Assembly: GCA_015680685.1 (NCBI GenBank)
Contig: MNCI01001451.1
Coordinates: 180,864-244,863, forward strand
Source of the DNA: Gnetum montanum
Taxonomy: Eukaryota; Plantae; Gnetophyta
DNA: 64,000 nt
Direction: 5' to 3'
Positions 50,321-63,840 of the stretch are shown one piece after another (position 1 is the first letter of the stretch; every line of letters begins with the position of its first letter). Below the pieces are notes generated by a model, which saw only the letters and a program-made list of their open reading frames with translations, ran no database searches and had not been told where the DNA came from. A program made the translations under genes and the position numbers.

Positions 50321-51900
50321 ATGGAAGGGACATCCTACACCAAGCCATCAATGTTTGATGGGATTAACTTTGTCTATTGGAAAGCAAGAATGTAAGGATT
50401 ATTTGAATCTATGGAATTTGAAGTCTAGAAGTCTATTTTTGAAGGTTATGTACCATCCATCAATAGTAACACATTAGCTACCAAGCCAAGAAGCAAATGG
50501 ATGCAAGATGAAGGAGATAAGTTCATGTTCAACTCTAAAGCAAAGAATTGTCTTTATTATTCTTTTAATAAATATAAGTTTAATCAAGTAGCTAGATCTA
50601 AGACTTCCAAAGAAATTTAAAAAACATTAGGAGCAATATATGAAGATACATTAGTTTTAAAATGATCAAAACTTCTATTGTTGCAAAGTAAATATGATAA
50701 ATTAAAAATTAGAGAAGGAAAAAGAATTAAGGACTAATTCTCTAGGAAAAATGATATTATTGTAGCAATTAGATGTATTGGTAAGATTCTATCCAAAAAT
50801 GATGTTATCATAAAGATGATAAGAACCTTGCAATGCAAATTTAGACCTATGGTACAATAAAGGAAAAGCCAATTGCCTTGAAATCTTCATCAAAGGAGGA
50901 GTCTCTTGAACAAGAAGCAAATAATGAAGATGATTTGATCCTCTTGTCTAGAAGGGTTCAAATATTTCTTGCAAGAAAAGGAAAAAGCTTTAATCACTCA
51001 AGCATTAAATGCAAAGAAAAAAAATAATTTCAAAAATTTCAACATCCATAGAATTTTGGGTGTTTAGAGGAAGAGGCCATGCGACCTCCAAATGTCATAG
51101 TGCTAGTAAGTTTTAAATGAAGGACCAGTTTGAAGGTGACTCAAAATAGAAAAATTTTACACCAGATGCGATGAATGTGAAAAAGATGAGAAAGAAATTG
51201 ATGATAGTAAGGAAAATTCACATCTTATATGCATGGCCCTTAATGATTGTAATCCATCAATGGAAACCAAAGAACCTAAAGGAACCATGGAATAAAAATA
51301 TGATATATTATGTAATGAGATTTTATCTTTGTAAAATTTGTGTATTAAATTGAAAAAAAATATTAAAGAATAAAGATTTAGAGTTATCTCAACAAAAATA
51401 CTTAAATCTTTCACAATAAAATGCAAACATAAGGCATGAGAATCAAAAGATAATCTCATCTTATGAGTAGATCATAAAAGACCTTGTAGATATGAAGCTT
51501 GTAAATGAAAGACTTGTTAAAGGGAAAAAATCTCTTTGTATAGTTTTAGAAAAAGGAAGAGCTCCACATGATAAAAGTGGACTTGGAAGTCAACAAATAG
51601 AAGCTTCCTTAAGAACTTCACTCAAATAGGAATTATCCTCAAATGCTTCATTCAAATAGGATTATGTTCCAAGGTTTGATCATTTTTCTCATGTAAGAAA
51701 AATTAAATGTTACTACTATGGTAAGTTTGGGCATAAATAAGCTAATTTTCATTTTAAATATTATCACATGAAAACATGGTCATACAATATGGCTCCTTAC
51801 TCTTATCCAAAGGGCCAAGAAAGAATACCTTGTAGGTTAAAAAGGTTTGAAGGATAAAAAAAAGGAGTAGAGGAAAGTACTCAAAAATTTCATAAAAGAA
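50321..51900 (+). pseudogene. Degenerate Sirevirus-type gag
   Basis: MEGTSYTKPSMFDGINFVYWKARM...NSKAKNCLYYS...SKEI...YE; DKSGLG; KCYYYGKFGH; GPRKN..*VKK. No DSG protease motif follows. Confidence 0.85.
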
Positions 51901-52389
51901 AATCAAAGCTTTTAAATACAAGAGGTTTATACAAAGAAAGAAGAAACTCTTAAAGGAGTTCATCATTCCCAATCTCCATAAACTTCATGATCTTCCATCA
52001 GCAAGCAAGGTGAGTAGAGGTAAGTTTTTTTCCTTTATCCTACATAAACTTCTTATGTTTTATAATACCTTTCATCCATGGTAACAATCCCTCTAAGTCC
52101 CCATCCTTTCACTACAAGAGCGACCAAATTTCTATATAGATGTCTCACTATTAGGATAAGCTCTGACCTTAGATGTCTTACCTTTTTAATAGACATCTTT
52201 TTGAGTTTCTGTGCACTCGAGATACACTTCCACATGTTCAATTAGACATCTAATTTCATGAGAAAAACTCTTAACAACTGTAACTTAAAGCAAATCCTTC
52301 TTTCTTTTTCCACTTAATCCCACCGTAGCTTAGATGTCCAAGTGCAACTGCACTTGGAAGTGCAAATTAGTCCATTTTCTTTTAGATCC

Positions 52390-53990
52390 ATGGCCCCCAA
52401 AAAGATTGGGAGATCAAGAGCTCTGCCACACATGAGTAAGAAGGAAAAGGAAGGTTCCTTAATTAAAGTAAATTCTTATCTACCTCAATTCTACTTTACA
52501 TATGCTCAACATCAATTTGAGATATCCATTGTCTCTGAAAGGCCTCTTAGCTTCTAGCAACATCATCAAATGGAGTTGATGGCATTCTTTCAAGTAATTA
52601 ATTAGGTCTCTTTCATTATGATGAAATTTTTCTATTCTTGAGATTCTCGTTAAGGAGTTTTACAGTAATATTTCTATCTCTAATGCTATTTTTAGGTCTT
52701 TTACTTCTACTATTGGAGGTATTTTGATTGATGTCACTTCTCAAGTAGTTAGTGCCAATCTCAACATTTCTAGCTCTGAGGCTCATAGGGTCATCATTCA
52801 TTCTATGTGAGATATTTTCTCAAATGTTGTAATCCCTCTTTCCCATGATGAGTTCTATGATGCTCTTTCTAGTTAGTCATAATCATTGAGAAGTGGCAAA
52901 GTTCTTAGAAGTTAAATGGCTATAGATGCTTCCATCCTCTTTCTTATTATTTTTTACAATATCATTATTCAAGTAGGAAGTTATAGTTACTTGCTATAAG
53001 CTCAAGCTTTTTTCCTCTATAGTCTTCTTATTAATCAACCATTAAACATTGGACATATCCTTTATAGAGACATGTTGGGACTTTTCAGTAGAGAGAGATT
53101 TTATAGGCATCCTCTTCTCATCAATTTATTAATTTTTTAGAAAGTGGTTCCTATTCTTGATATGTCTCTACTAAAAGGTAAAATAAGTCTTGGTAAATAC
53201 TGAGAGAAAAGAAGTACTACTCATACAAAACCTAAAGAACCAATCTCTATACCTCAAAAAGTAAGAAGGAAGCAAGCCTCATCACCATCTAGGGCATCCC
53301 CTTAGCTTAGGGGGCTCAAGTTTGTGAGTGTCTAGGTATCCTCAACACTCAAGAATTCATTTAATTCTTTTTCAAAGACTTTTGAGATGACTGGACAAAA
53401 TCTCTCTTACCTTCATAACAGAATGGATGTAGTTGATCTACCACTACCTATTGACGGGTAGTAGTTTGAGAAGATCACCACTCCTCAAATATTAGATAGT
53501 CAGAAGGAAATCCTAAACCAACTAGACACTTTGCAATAGTTGTACTATCGCAAGCTTATGCCTCAGGAAATGCATCTGATTCTAAGAAGCTTGTACGACT
53601 ACTAGCATGTGTCCAAGGGAAGTTCATTCTTGAACCTTATCTGCTTGAACTCAATACTTATGCTCATGAGGATGCTTTCCAATCCATTGAGTAATAGGTA
53701 ATGGAAAGCATCTTTGGGAGCACATCTCAATGGGGTTTAACTAATCTCACTACCTATGAGATGAAGTATGCTTTCTCATCCTCTTAGAAGGCTCCATATC
53801 ATGCACCATATCATCACAATATCAAGTGAAGCTCCATCCTTGAAGAGCTCCTATCATAGTTTCATCTTCAAATGACGATGAAGAGAAACATGTCTTTAGC
53901 ACTAGCAATAGTAGTGATGATGATGATGAAGTGGAGACCTACAGGCCCACCAGTATATCATTTGACTTATATGATAGTGATGCTACAAAG
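52390..53990 (+). pseudogene. Degenerate env-like/extra ORF (putative plant transposon protein, Transposase_32-like)
   Basis: MAPKK start; LVKEFYSN; STIGGILIDVT; NIIIQVGSY..AFFLYSLLINQPLNIGHIL; HPLLI. These are motifs typical of Sirevirus/Athila env-like ORFs. Acidic tail near 53870-53930. Confidence 0.7.
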
Positions 53991-56900
53991 CTTAGTGACT
54001 AAAGAATCTTTATCTTACTCTTCCATCATTTGGGTGATGTCCAAAAAGGGGAAGGATTTTGGCAATAATAATAGTTTTTATGATATTAGTTTGTGGATAT
54101 ATATGATATTTTTTGTGACATTGTGATGATAGCTTGATTCTTTATATATTTTCTTTTATGATGTGGATACGGTAGTTTATATTAGACTACTTGATGATTT
54201 ATATATTTTTTCATTGATTAGCTATATTTATGTATGTGGACAAAACTTGTTCTAGCTAGTTGGTGATATGCATTTTAGTTTGTTACAATTTGAAGAAAAG
54301 TTATGCTTTAAACTTTAAATGAGCATTTGGTTGCAAATTATATGATGGATTTTGGATAGCTTGTGATGCTACCAGTTTTTCTTATGGACTCATATGATTC
54401 TGACCCATGGATTTAAGTCTTTACATCCTTATTCTAGTAATACCCTCTACTGCCATTGGAATATATATATGCCTTAAATGTTTTTCATTTTATATCTATT
54501 ATGGAATGTACCAATCCATTTCTTAAGTTTTGGACATTACCAAAAAGGGAAATATTGGTGAACTTTTGGTATGTGAAAACTATAGGAAAAATGGAGAATG
54601 TGAAAGTTTGTTTGTAGTCTTATAGGACTAATAAGGAACATGTTGAGTTAATACATCAAAAGGAGAGCTAAGATAGAACAAGAGCTATATTGAGATGATG
54701 AAATGAGAGCTTAGAACAAACAATGAGAGGAAAAATTTAAAAGGAGTCTACAAGCCAAATGAAGTTTTTTCAAGGACTACCAAGCTACCAAAATAACAAT
54801 GGAATGTTCAAGATCTTAAGTATGCAAGCAAACTAGATGTCTTACTTTAATAGTAGACACCTAACTTGCAAGATAAACATCTTAGGATAGACATATCCAC
54901 TTTTAGGTAGACATCTCTTCTGAATGGAAGCTAATCTCAGTTAGATGTCTCAACTTTGAATTAGACATCCAAGACAATCATTTGATAATCATTGCATGAA
55001 TTCTGAGGAGTTTTTGAAAACTCAAAAGGTATAAGACAAGTGAAATTCTTGGAAAATGAACAAGCACTACTCATTAAATATCAAGAATGGTAAGCCTCAA
55101 GTGAATTGACTTTGTTCTTCATTGTTCCAATCATTTGTATCTTGTTGAATGTTTTGAGAGCCTTCATTATAGTAAATTTATAAATTAAGTTACATTCTTT
55201 CCTTAATTCTTTTCTTATTCATTATAAGCTCTTGCAAGGTCCATATGCTTCTTCTGAGGCGACATCTTATGAGCTTGTCAAGATATTGTGGGATTAAGTG
55301 GTTTCATAGCAATGAAACACTCTGGTATAGAGCTTACATTTTGTAAAGGTTGTGGGATCCTTTAAACAAAATTTTGAGCTTGTTGGGATCTTGTGGGGCT
55401 AACAATTTATCCAGTGAGAAAAAACTCAAAGTGAAGCTCAAATCTTGTAAAGCCCATGGTATCTTGAAAACCAAATTTTTCGAAGGAATAAAGTCCAAAG
55501 GTCTAAAAGGATTCTATCCTCTGAGTGTGAAGGTGCCTAAGTTGGGAAGCCATGTAAAAATTATGCATGATTTTTGGTTGTCTTGGTTGTTTTAATTAGG
55601 GAACTTATTAAATCCCCCCTCTACGTTCTAGATCCTCATTATATTCATCATCAATAAAGCCATTTCTTTTCTTGTTTCATTAATTCAAAGTGTTGATGCT
55701 ATCTTTGAAAATGAAGGACCTTCGCTTCATTATCAATAACTAACTAGATAAGGAAATAGAAAGAGCCCTCCGTTATAATCGATGGTTATGTGGGAATAAA
55801 CACTAAACTAGAGGAAGGATTTGTTATCATAGTATGAAATGCACCAGCAAAAATGGAAGTCTTGATGGGAGTGGTCCATGTAGATACCAGCCTAGGAGTG
55901 TTTGGTGATGTAGTACAAGTTCTATCAGGCATAAGGTGTAAGATGAGGGATGAAATCCAATCCTTTCATCTCTAATTCCTAGCCAAAAATATTCTGAGCA
56001 ATGGATACTTTCTAATGAAACAAAGTGCTAGAAGTGAAAATATGAGAAAGTAAATAAATTTAATAAATAAATATAACTTGCTTCTTGTTCTTTCTCATTT
56101 AAGCCACTGCTAGGACCTTGAATATTAGTGTGTAATTTCTAATTAAAAAGTAAATAATATGAATAAATATAAAAATAAGTGAATAATAATAATAATAAAA
56201 ACTTATGAATAGTACCTTATGATTAGGTTTAATTGATTTACCTTCATCCTTCCTAAATGTCCTTTTACTCATATTAATCTTAGCATTAGTTTATATCTCA
56301 AAGTCTACTACCACATAAAAATACAATACAAATAAGTAATCAATACATTTAAAATTTTAATAAGAAGTAATTAATACCTCATCAACATCTTTAGAATTTT
56401 GAGATTGAACTATAGCATCTCAACTTCTTTTTGAACCTTTGAGTCTAGCCTTCAAAACATTTTCATCCTCAAGGTACAAGGATAACATTGTGGATTAAAA
56501 GAAATGAAGTAGTTTATTCAAGATTTGAAAATCCTAGCAAGTATTTCCATGGTTAAAAATTAAGGATAAAATAGTAGGAAAAATCATACATCCTATCATT
56601 TTTTGCACCATTAAGAAGAAAAATAGTATATGTTAAAGTAAGATTGATGAAGGATGATCAAAATAGCTTATTAGCCAAAAAAATAAATTTGAAATTTAAT
56701 CTTATCATTAAAATCCTTTTCTTTGAAATTCCTATGCCATATTGTGGTGGTGTTTACATAGTTAAAAATACCCTTTGAGCAAAAATCATCAAATTCTAGG
56801 AAATAGCAAAAATATTGATAAGGATCCTCACCTATATAAAAATTTAAGTAATGTCTTATCACATTCTAGTTCAACTTTTTTGTACCAGAAAACATTTTAG

Positions 56901-57199
56901 ATGTTGAAGCTATGTTATAGCCTAATTAGACTATGGCACCAAGCTACACCCCTATGTGGTAAAGGCCATGCTCTAACACAATGTAAAGTCATGTTTTGAT
57001 GAATGATGAAGCCCACAAAAATACAAATCTACCTCCATCACTTGTTAGTCATCTATTTTTCATTGCTACCAATCCTATTTTATGCATCACTATTCACCAA
57101 TATCCTATGTGTTATTTTCCTATGTCATCACTATCACTATTCTATGTTATTACCATAATTATCATAGTTGTCATTTGAAATTTTTCAAAGGTTTGAACT

Positions 57200-57760
57200 A
57201 ATGGTATTTGGGAATACCACTCGCACTAATGGTCTTAACCTCCCATAGTACCTACAAACATATCTAGCATAGGTGGCCTTGACCTTCCTTGATGCCCAAG
57301 ACACCATTAGTACTAATGGTCTTGACCTTTCTTGATGTTCATAGATACCAATGGTCCTTACCTCTCATGAAGAGAAAATTTAATATTTAAAAATTAAATT
57401 TCAAAATTTGCAATTCAAATACTAGTCTTAGTCAAATTTGACCAAAGTGTCCAAACTAGTAGGTTGGAAGCATAAAAAATAAAATTCTGTAATTAAGCAC
57501 AATAGTTCTAGTGTATTACTAAGATGGGTGATCTCTTGGAAACTCTCAAAAAATATGCAGTTTTTGAAAATTTAAAACAACCAAAACTTTTGATCATGGA
57601 AGTCTTTTTTGACAAACAAAGAGTCATTTCTAGCAAATTTTGACCTTCTCAAAATCTTAGAAGCCTTTTTCACAAGAGATTCTAAAAATTATTTTTTAAC
57701 CTCTTTCAATACTCATCCCAAAAACTTTGAAAGCCTAATTTGGGCTTAAACTCTAAAGTG
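57200..57760 (+). mobile_element. Second copy of the 5S-bearing LTR-like repeat
   Basis: ~45-bp repeats at 57210-57365. 5S-like aaaattctgtaattaagcacaatagttctagtgtattactaagatgggtgatctcttggaaactctc at 57481-57547. Downstream aacttttgatcatggaagtc matches 37050-37070. Confidence 0.55.
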
Positions 57761-58599
57761 AAGACAAATTTAATTACTAGATAATGGAATTTGCCTAATC
57801 CTATCCTTTCATGTTCAATTAAGATAAGATTTTGGCAAAATAGATGGGTAAAAAATTTAGTTGCCTATAGTTCCAACTCCTTCAAGTAACTATTTAACCA
57901 TCTATGATTCCAATAAAGATAGAGTTTATAGAATAATCACCTTGTCTTATCTCCTCTGCCTATCAATATCCAAAATCCAAAGAGCACATTAGCAATTCAT
58001 GGAGGCCTACATGAATTATCCAATGGATACTCTTGAGGAAAAAAATTAATAAGATTAAGGTCATTTAAGAGGAGATATATGAAGCAAATTAAGGATTCAA
58101 GAAGCATATGTAAGATACGTCAAAGGAGATGATATGGGTCACTGGCCATGACCAATGGGATTATTTCATATAGGATGTGATGTGATTTGATCATAAGCTT
58201 CAAAGATGATGTTAAGTGGATTGTCAACAATACTCATATGTCATTATATTCAATAAATGTAAAAGGTTATAATACCTATAATACAATGAGAAACCCATGT
58301 TTCCATGGTGGGAAATTAAGAAAAATATTTATATTTTTAATGAATTTTATAAATACAAGAATAAAATACTAAATAATGAACATGCATTGCAATTTCTTAT
58401 GGGATAGGCACAATGCTCACAAATATGTACATGTGTCATAATTCCTTATGGGATGGGTGTAACATGATACACAGAATGTAATAAATGGCTTCTAGTCACA
58501 AACTCAATAATCCAACATCATGTTATATAGTTGTGCTCTTCTTACATAAGGGTGAATTATTGTAGCTCAATGCAATAGAAGCAATTTAAGCAAAATAGC

Positions 58600-61500
58600 T
58601 TTAGATCCATAAACTAGGCTATACAAAGTTACACTAGTTGTGGGTCAATAGGCTATTTAGTAGGCCCAAAGTGCATGGACACGCTGCTCATGCCACTTAC
58701 ATTTACTATTATTTAGAATCTTTTAAGTAATTTTATGATGGCCTTGTTGCTAGATTCATCTTGTCCATTAGCTTGAGGGTAGTACGTTGAAGAAAAGGAT
58801 TGTTTAATGCTTAGGTCTTGACAATAAGATTTTATTTTTTGGCTACTAAATTGTGGTTCATTATCCTTGACTATGATCATAGGTATGCCAAAATGAACTG
58901 CTATAATACCTAGTATGAATATACAAACTTGTTCAAACATCATCTTCATATGGTGAATAGCTTCAACCCACTTTGTGAATATTTGGTTGTAGTGATGATG
59001 AAGCTATTCCTTACAGAAGACTTAGACATTATAGGTCTAATTATATCCAACCCTTGTCATTGAAATGACCAAGTTATCTGAGTATTTTGTAACTCAATTG
59101 GTGGCACATGTATTAGGTTTTTATGTCATTAACAAGTATCATAGGTTTTGATATTCAACAAGTAGTCACTTTCCATATAGGACCACTAATAGCCTAGTCG
59201 TCTAATTTTAGTGGCCATGGCTCTAGGTCCTATGTCCTCCACATATACCTTCATGAACTTGCTCAAGGATTGTTTGGGCTTTAGTTTTGCCCAAGAACCC
59301 TAATAATATGCCATCCTAAGTCCATTAACATAATGTGTTATCATCTATGATAGCATACTATTTTGATCTTTTACATACAATGTCTTTTTGAGAAGTATTT
59401 AGGTTTTGTGGAGATTGACCATGCATAAGGTAAAACTTGATATCTTCATACCATTCCCTTGGAGGGGTGGTACTAATGGAGGCCATAAAGTTATCCTTAG
59501 TGTTCTATGTGATGGGAATAGCACAATTCACTATTAAGGAAGGTAATTTGCTAAACACATCTGCAATCACACTGAAGGCTAAGGTCATAATGGCATCAAC
59601 TAATGTGTTCTCAATTCTGGGTACATGCTAGATATTAACATTTGTAAATTGTTGTATCAATTTCTTTCCTAGGTTACAATAAGGTTGCAAATACTTGGCT
59701 TTGCATGCATAAACCTAAGTTACTTGGTTAACCATATGTTGTGAATCACCTTTGATCATTATGCATTTAATTCCTAGGTCATGAGCTACCATCATTTCCT
59801 TAATCAATCCTTCATACTCCGCCATGTTGTTGGTACATGGGGATTAAAAATGATAAGTGAAGGGTTAGATTTCACTAGATAGGAATGTTATGATGGTAGC
59901 GTCACTAGCCCCATGAGCAGTTGAAGCTTTGTCAAAGTGCATAATCACCTCATAGCCCTCAAGTACATCATTAATGATGTTCACGTGTTCATCCAAGAAT
60001 TTAGGATCTATGGCCACATGGTCTTCCACTAGTGAAATAGTGAGTTGTGTGGCTATAGTTTGACCTTTTATTGAGGCTTGAGAGATGTAATGAAGGTCAA
60101 ACTTGACTATTATGGCTTTCCAAATGGGCAATTTGGCTACTTTTGTAGATATTAGTCATGATGGCTCTAAGCACATTGTCTTTATAAAAAATATTGAATT
60201 GGCTCCTAAAGAGGTAGTGTCTTTAGTTCTTTAATGTGAAGACTAGGGCTAGATAATACTTCTCCACTTCAGTGTATCGGGTCTCATAGGTAATCAATTC
60301 ATGATTTAGGTAATATATGGGCAACTCTTCTCCATCATCTCATTTTTGATAGAGTAGAGAGGCAATGGATGTATCAGAGATAGCAATGTAGATGTAAAAA
60401 GGTTTAACTTTTTGCAGTGAATAAACTATAGGTAGTCATGCCAACTCTTGCTTAAGGTTTTCAAAGGCTTCTTAGCATTGAACTATCCACTCATAGTGAA
60501 CTCTTTTCTTAAGCAAGTGTTGAATAGGTTGTAACTTATTAATAAGCCTAACAAGAAACCTATAAATGAACTATAATCTACCTTGAAATTCCTAAGCTCA
60601 TTAATGTTAGTTGGCATTGCCAAGTTGGGTATGGCCTTAGCCTTGTTAGGATTGACACATATTACTACTATGGATACTAAAAATCAAGCATCTTACTAAT
60701 TTTGATGCCAAAGACACACTACTTGGGGTTAAGCCTAAGCTCATATTTGAGACATTATTTCAACACAAGGTCAAGGTTACATGCATGATTTTTGACCACC
60801 TTAAAGTTAATGACTATATCATCTACATAATCATTAATAAATCCTAACATATAATCACTTAATATGTACATCATTACTCTTTGGTAGGTTGCTCCTACGT
60901 TCTTTAGAATAATGGGCATCATGGTATAACAAATATTTCCCCATGGGATCATGAAGGTTGTACTAAGTTGATGTTCTAGGTTAATCCTAATTTGTCTATA
61001 TCTTGAGAACCTATCCATGAAGGATATCAAGGCATGTCTAGTCATAGTATCGATAAGTTAGTCAATACTAGGAAAAGGGTAATCATCCTTGATGGTTGTC
61101 TTATTCAGATCTTAGAAATCAATAAAAATACATATACTCTTATTTTTTTAGGGACTACCACTATGTTGGACACCCATTCTATGTAATTGATAGCTCTAAT
61201 GAAACCAACTTGGTATAATCTCATTATTTCATCATGAACTGACAGAGCTAAATTTGTCCTAATCTTGCAAACTTTTTACTTAACTAGTTTAATATTAGGA
61301 TCAAGTATGATCTTATGTTGCACTTGGCTTGGGTTAAGACTTGGTAGATCTTCATATGACTAGGAAAATGACATAATGATCTCCTAAATGACCTTGGTGA
61401 TGTCTTAAGCCTGCTAAGATTCTAGTGAAAAATCTAATTTTAGTGTTTTCTCCTCATCACTATGTGTCATGATAGGAACCTCAACTAGAAAGTCCTCAAT

Positions 61501-61740
61501 AATGTCACTAGCCTCAAGGTCAAGAGTTTTCACTAGGTTTTTAGGCCATTCTAGAGGTTTCTCTATTAAGGCTATGTGGTCAACAAAACTTGTAGGCTCA
61601 TGATCAAGGTAATTAAGATCAATAAATCCTTTAACATCACTATGAGGTTCACTTAGGTTCAATGGTAAATTGATTTGCTTCCAGGTGTTCATACTTCAAT
61701 CTTGCATATCAACCATAACCACATTAAATGGCACATGGGT
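58600..61740 (-). pseudogene. Degenerate pol: RT-RH-aRH-IN
   Basis: WVSNIVVV..K; KDDYPFPSID; SFMDRFSRYRQI; MPIILKNVGATYQR; YVDDIV; PIYYLNH..E.RYTEVEK; aRH MHFDKAS..GA, CTNNMAEYEGLI, GDSQHMVNQV; IN HEG.CGGH, FTKWVEA, DNEPQF, YYPQANGQDESSNK. Confidence 0.9.
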
Positions 61741-62239
61741 AAAATGAGTAAATAATCCATAAATAACATAAAATACTTTATTAATAGTGTATGAATAAGT
61801 AAAAGAACATTGCATCGATGGTCAAACAAGGTTTAAATGAGGCCACTAAGGTTACCAAAGATAGGTGAAATAAATGGTATAAAGTAAAGGTAAAATAATG
61901 TTAAATGGAGATCAAATGATAGGAACATTTGGTGGAATGGGATCAAGTGATTCCCCATTGACTAGAAATGAAGCCAAATGACATCACAGGGCTAAACAAT
62001 GAAGGTTAATAATGCATAACAAGGTCAAATCTAGCCAAAACATAGTGAAACAAGGCCGAACCAATCAAGGTAGAAAACATATGATAAAACATTATCAATA
62101 TTGATTAATTAGGATTAGATTTTACCAATTTTAGGCTTAGTAAGCCATGATGTAGGTCTATAGGGTTGACAGGTAATTTTAGGCACTTGGTGAGGTTGTT
62201 TTGAGGCTATTTGAAGTCAAAATTGAGACCTTCCATTTT

Positions 62240-63840
62240 GACTACACTAGGCTCTCCTTAGGACTACACTGGCTAGCATAGTCAAATCAATCTCTAGCAT
62301 TGTTGATGATAGTAGATGATTTTCTAGGTTTGTTATGGTTAGTTATGGGATCCTAATGGTCTGTATTGGTAGCACAGTGGACTAGGATTCAAGATTGGTG
62401 AATTTTAACATCATTTTGACCCTTGGGAAGCTATAAATGATGTAGATATTGGTGACTATGCTAGGACTATGGTTGCTAGCATAGTTCCAATGTAGATGCA
62501 TCAAAAAAGTGGTTTTTTGGGGTTTCAAAGTTGGAAATTGTGGTTCATCAGCTTCCAAGGTTAATGTAGGGTCTAGTGAAGACTGAATAGGTCATTTGGA
62601 AGTCAAAACATAGGTCATTTGGAAGTTAAAACAAACTTCAGAAGGTGGAGTTTTTTCATTCACAACACATGACTATGCTGGCCAGCATAGTTGAGGGTTC
62701 CTCCAGTGTATTTGAACTAAAATCTAGGTTTTTTAGGGTTAAACAAGATCAAATTATAGCTAGCCTTAGGATTTTAGGATTTTAGGCTTCTAGAATCAAT
62801 GTTTTGGCCATTCTGAGTGTTGTTGTGTTAGCTAAACTACACTGGGGCAAGGACTACACTAGGAATATGCTAGCTAGTGTAGTTCTAGGTGTGCCTTAAT
62901 GTAGATGAAAAGAATCTAGCACTTCAATGGTTAAAATAAGATGAAATTGTGACTAGGCAATGTTGAGAAATTTTCTAGGTATTTCAAGTAAAATTTTAGG
63001 CCATTTGGAATGTCAAGATACTAATTACATCAACTCACAATCATGACTACATTGGGTCTAGGTTGGCTAGCATAGTCATCACCTATCCCAACATAGTAAG
63101 TTGTGAGATCTAGCCTTTTTATGGGTTTCTATGGTTAATCAACCAATTTCTTAGGTCCCTAGGGTTACTGGTATCTCTAGCTAGGGTTTTGGCTTAGAAT
63201 GACTAATTTTGGAGGTTGTTTAAGTTTTGGGATTATCATTTCCTATTTGGACTATGCTGGCTAGCGTAGTTAAGCCTGGCCCCAATATAGATGAGGTAAA
63301 TTTGACATTTTCAACATCAAAATAAGGTGGAATTGCAGGTAAGTATGGCAAAAAAAGGTTCTAGATTTCCAAGTCAAGTTCTAGGTTGTTTGGAGTGTTA
63401 AATCACTAGTCAAATCAACCTAAGATCATGCCTACACTACAACTATGCTGGCCAATGTAGTCTAGGCCTCCTCTAGCATAGTCATAAGATGAATCTTAAA
63501 TTTTGATAAATTTTCATGATTGATTGACTAGGTTTTTGAGTTATTGAATCATTAGTGCTTTAAACTAGGGTTTCAAGCTCAAGATGGTTAGTTTTGTGGG
63601 TTTTTTTGTTTCTATATTAATCCTACATCCTTAAACTATGCTAGCCAACATAGTCCTAGTGTAGTTGATGGGTGTAGGCTAAGTTTTATTAATTTTTGAC
63701 TTGGTTTGTAGGGTTTAGTGGTCTCTGAAATCTTCGACAAGGTCTAGAGTTGAGATGATGCTTCTAAAAGTTAATTTGGCATCTTAGTAACCTATTTTGG
63801 TGTTTTGGAAATAGGACTACATTGGCCAATGTACTCCCAG
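62240..63840. repeat. Second copy of the ~192-bp-phased palindrome array
   Basis: Cores at ~62262, 62454, 62671, 62863, 63056, 63250, 63441, 63634 and 63815, e.g. gactatgctggccagcatagtt, gactacattggccaatgtactc. Confidence 0.8.

Larger units (their letters stand above)
49200..55638 (+). mobile_element. SIRE/Sirevirus-like Ty1/Copia element B: gag plus env-like ORF, entire pol absent
   Basis: LTRs 49200-50264 and 54556-55638; perfect 5-bp TSD TTATA; degenerate PBS ttgtattagagc; multi-PPT ccaaaaagggga at ~54040 and ~54540. LTR termini are shared with element A. Confidence 0.9.
48847..55777 (+). mobile_element. LTR related to the 22851/41624 family, split by insertion of SIRE element B (host parts 48847-49199 and 55639-55777)
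   Basis: Starts TGTAATG. Shares agcatggagtt..gagtgaag..gaggattg.ccat..gtgct.gattacct.taaggg with 41830-41960. Resumes after 55643 with ttcatcatcaataaagc (cf. 42022). Candidate end cgttata at 55777. Confidence 0.6.

Noticed and set aside
56600-56870. Gag-like fragment (FYIGEDPYQYF...W)
   Set aside because: Too short and degraded to assign confidently.
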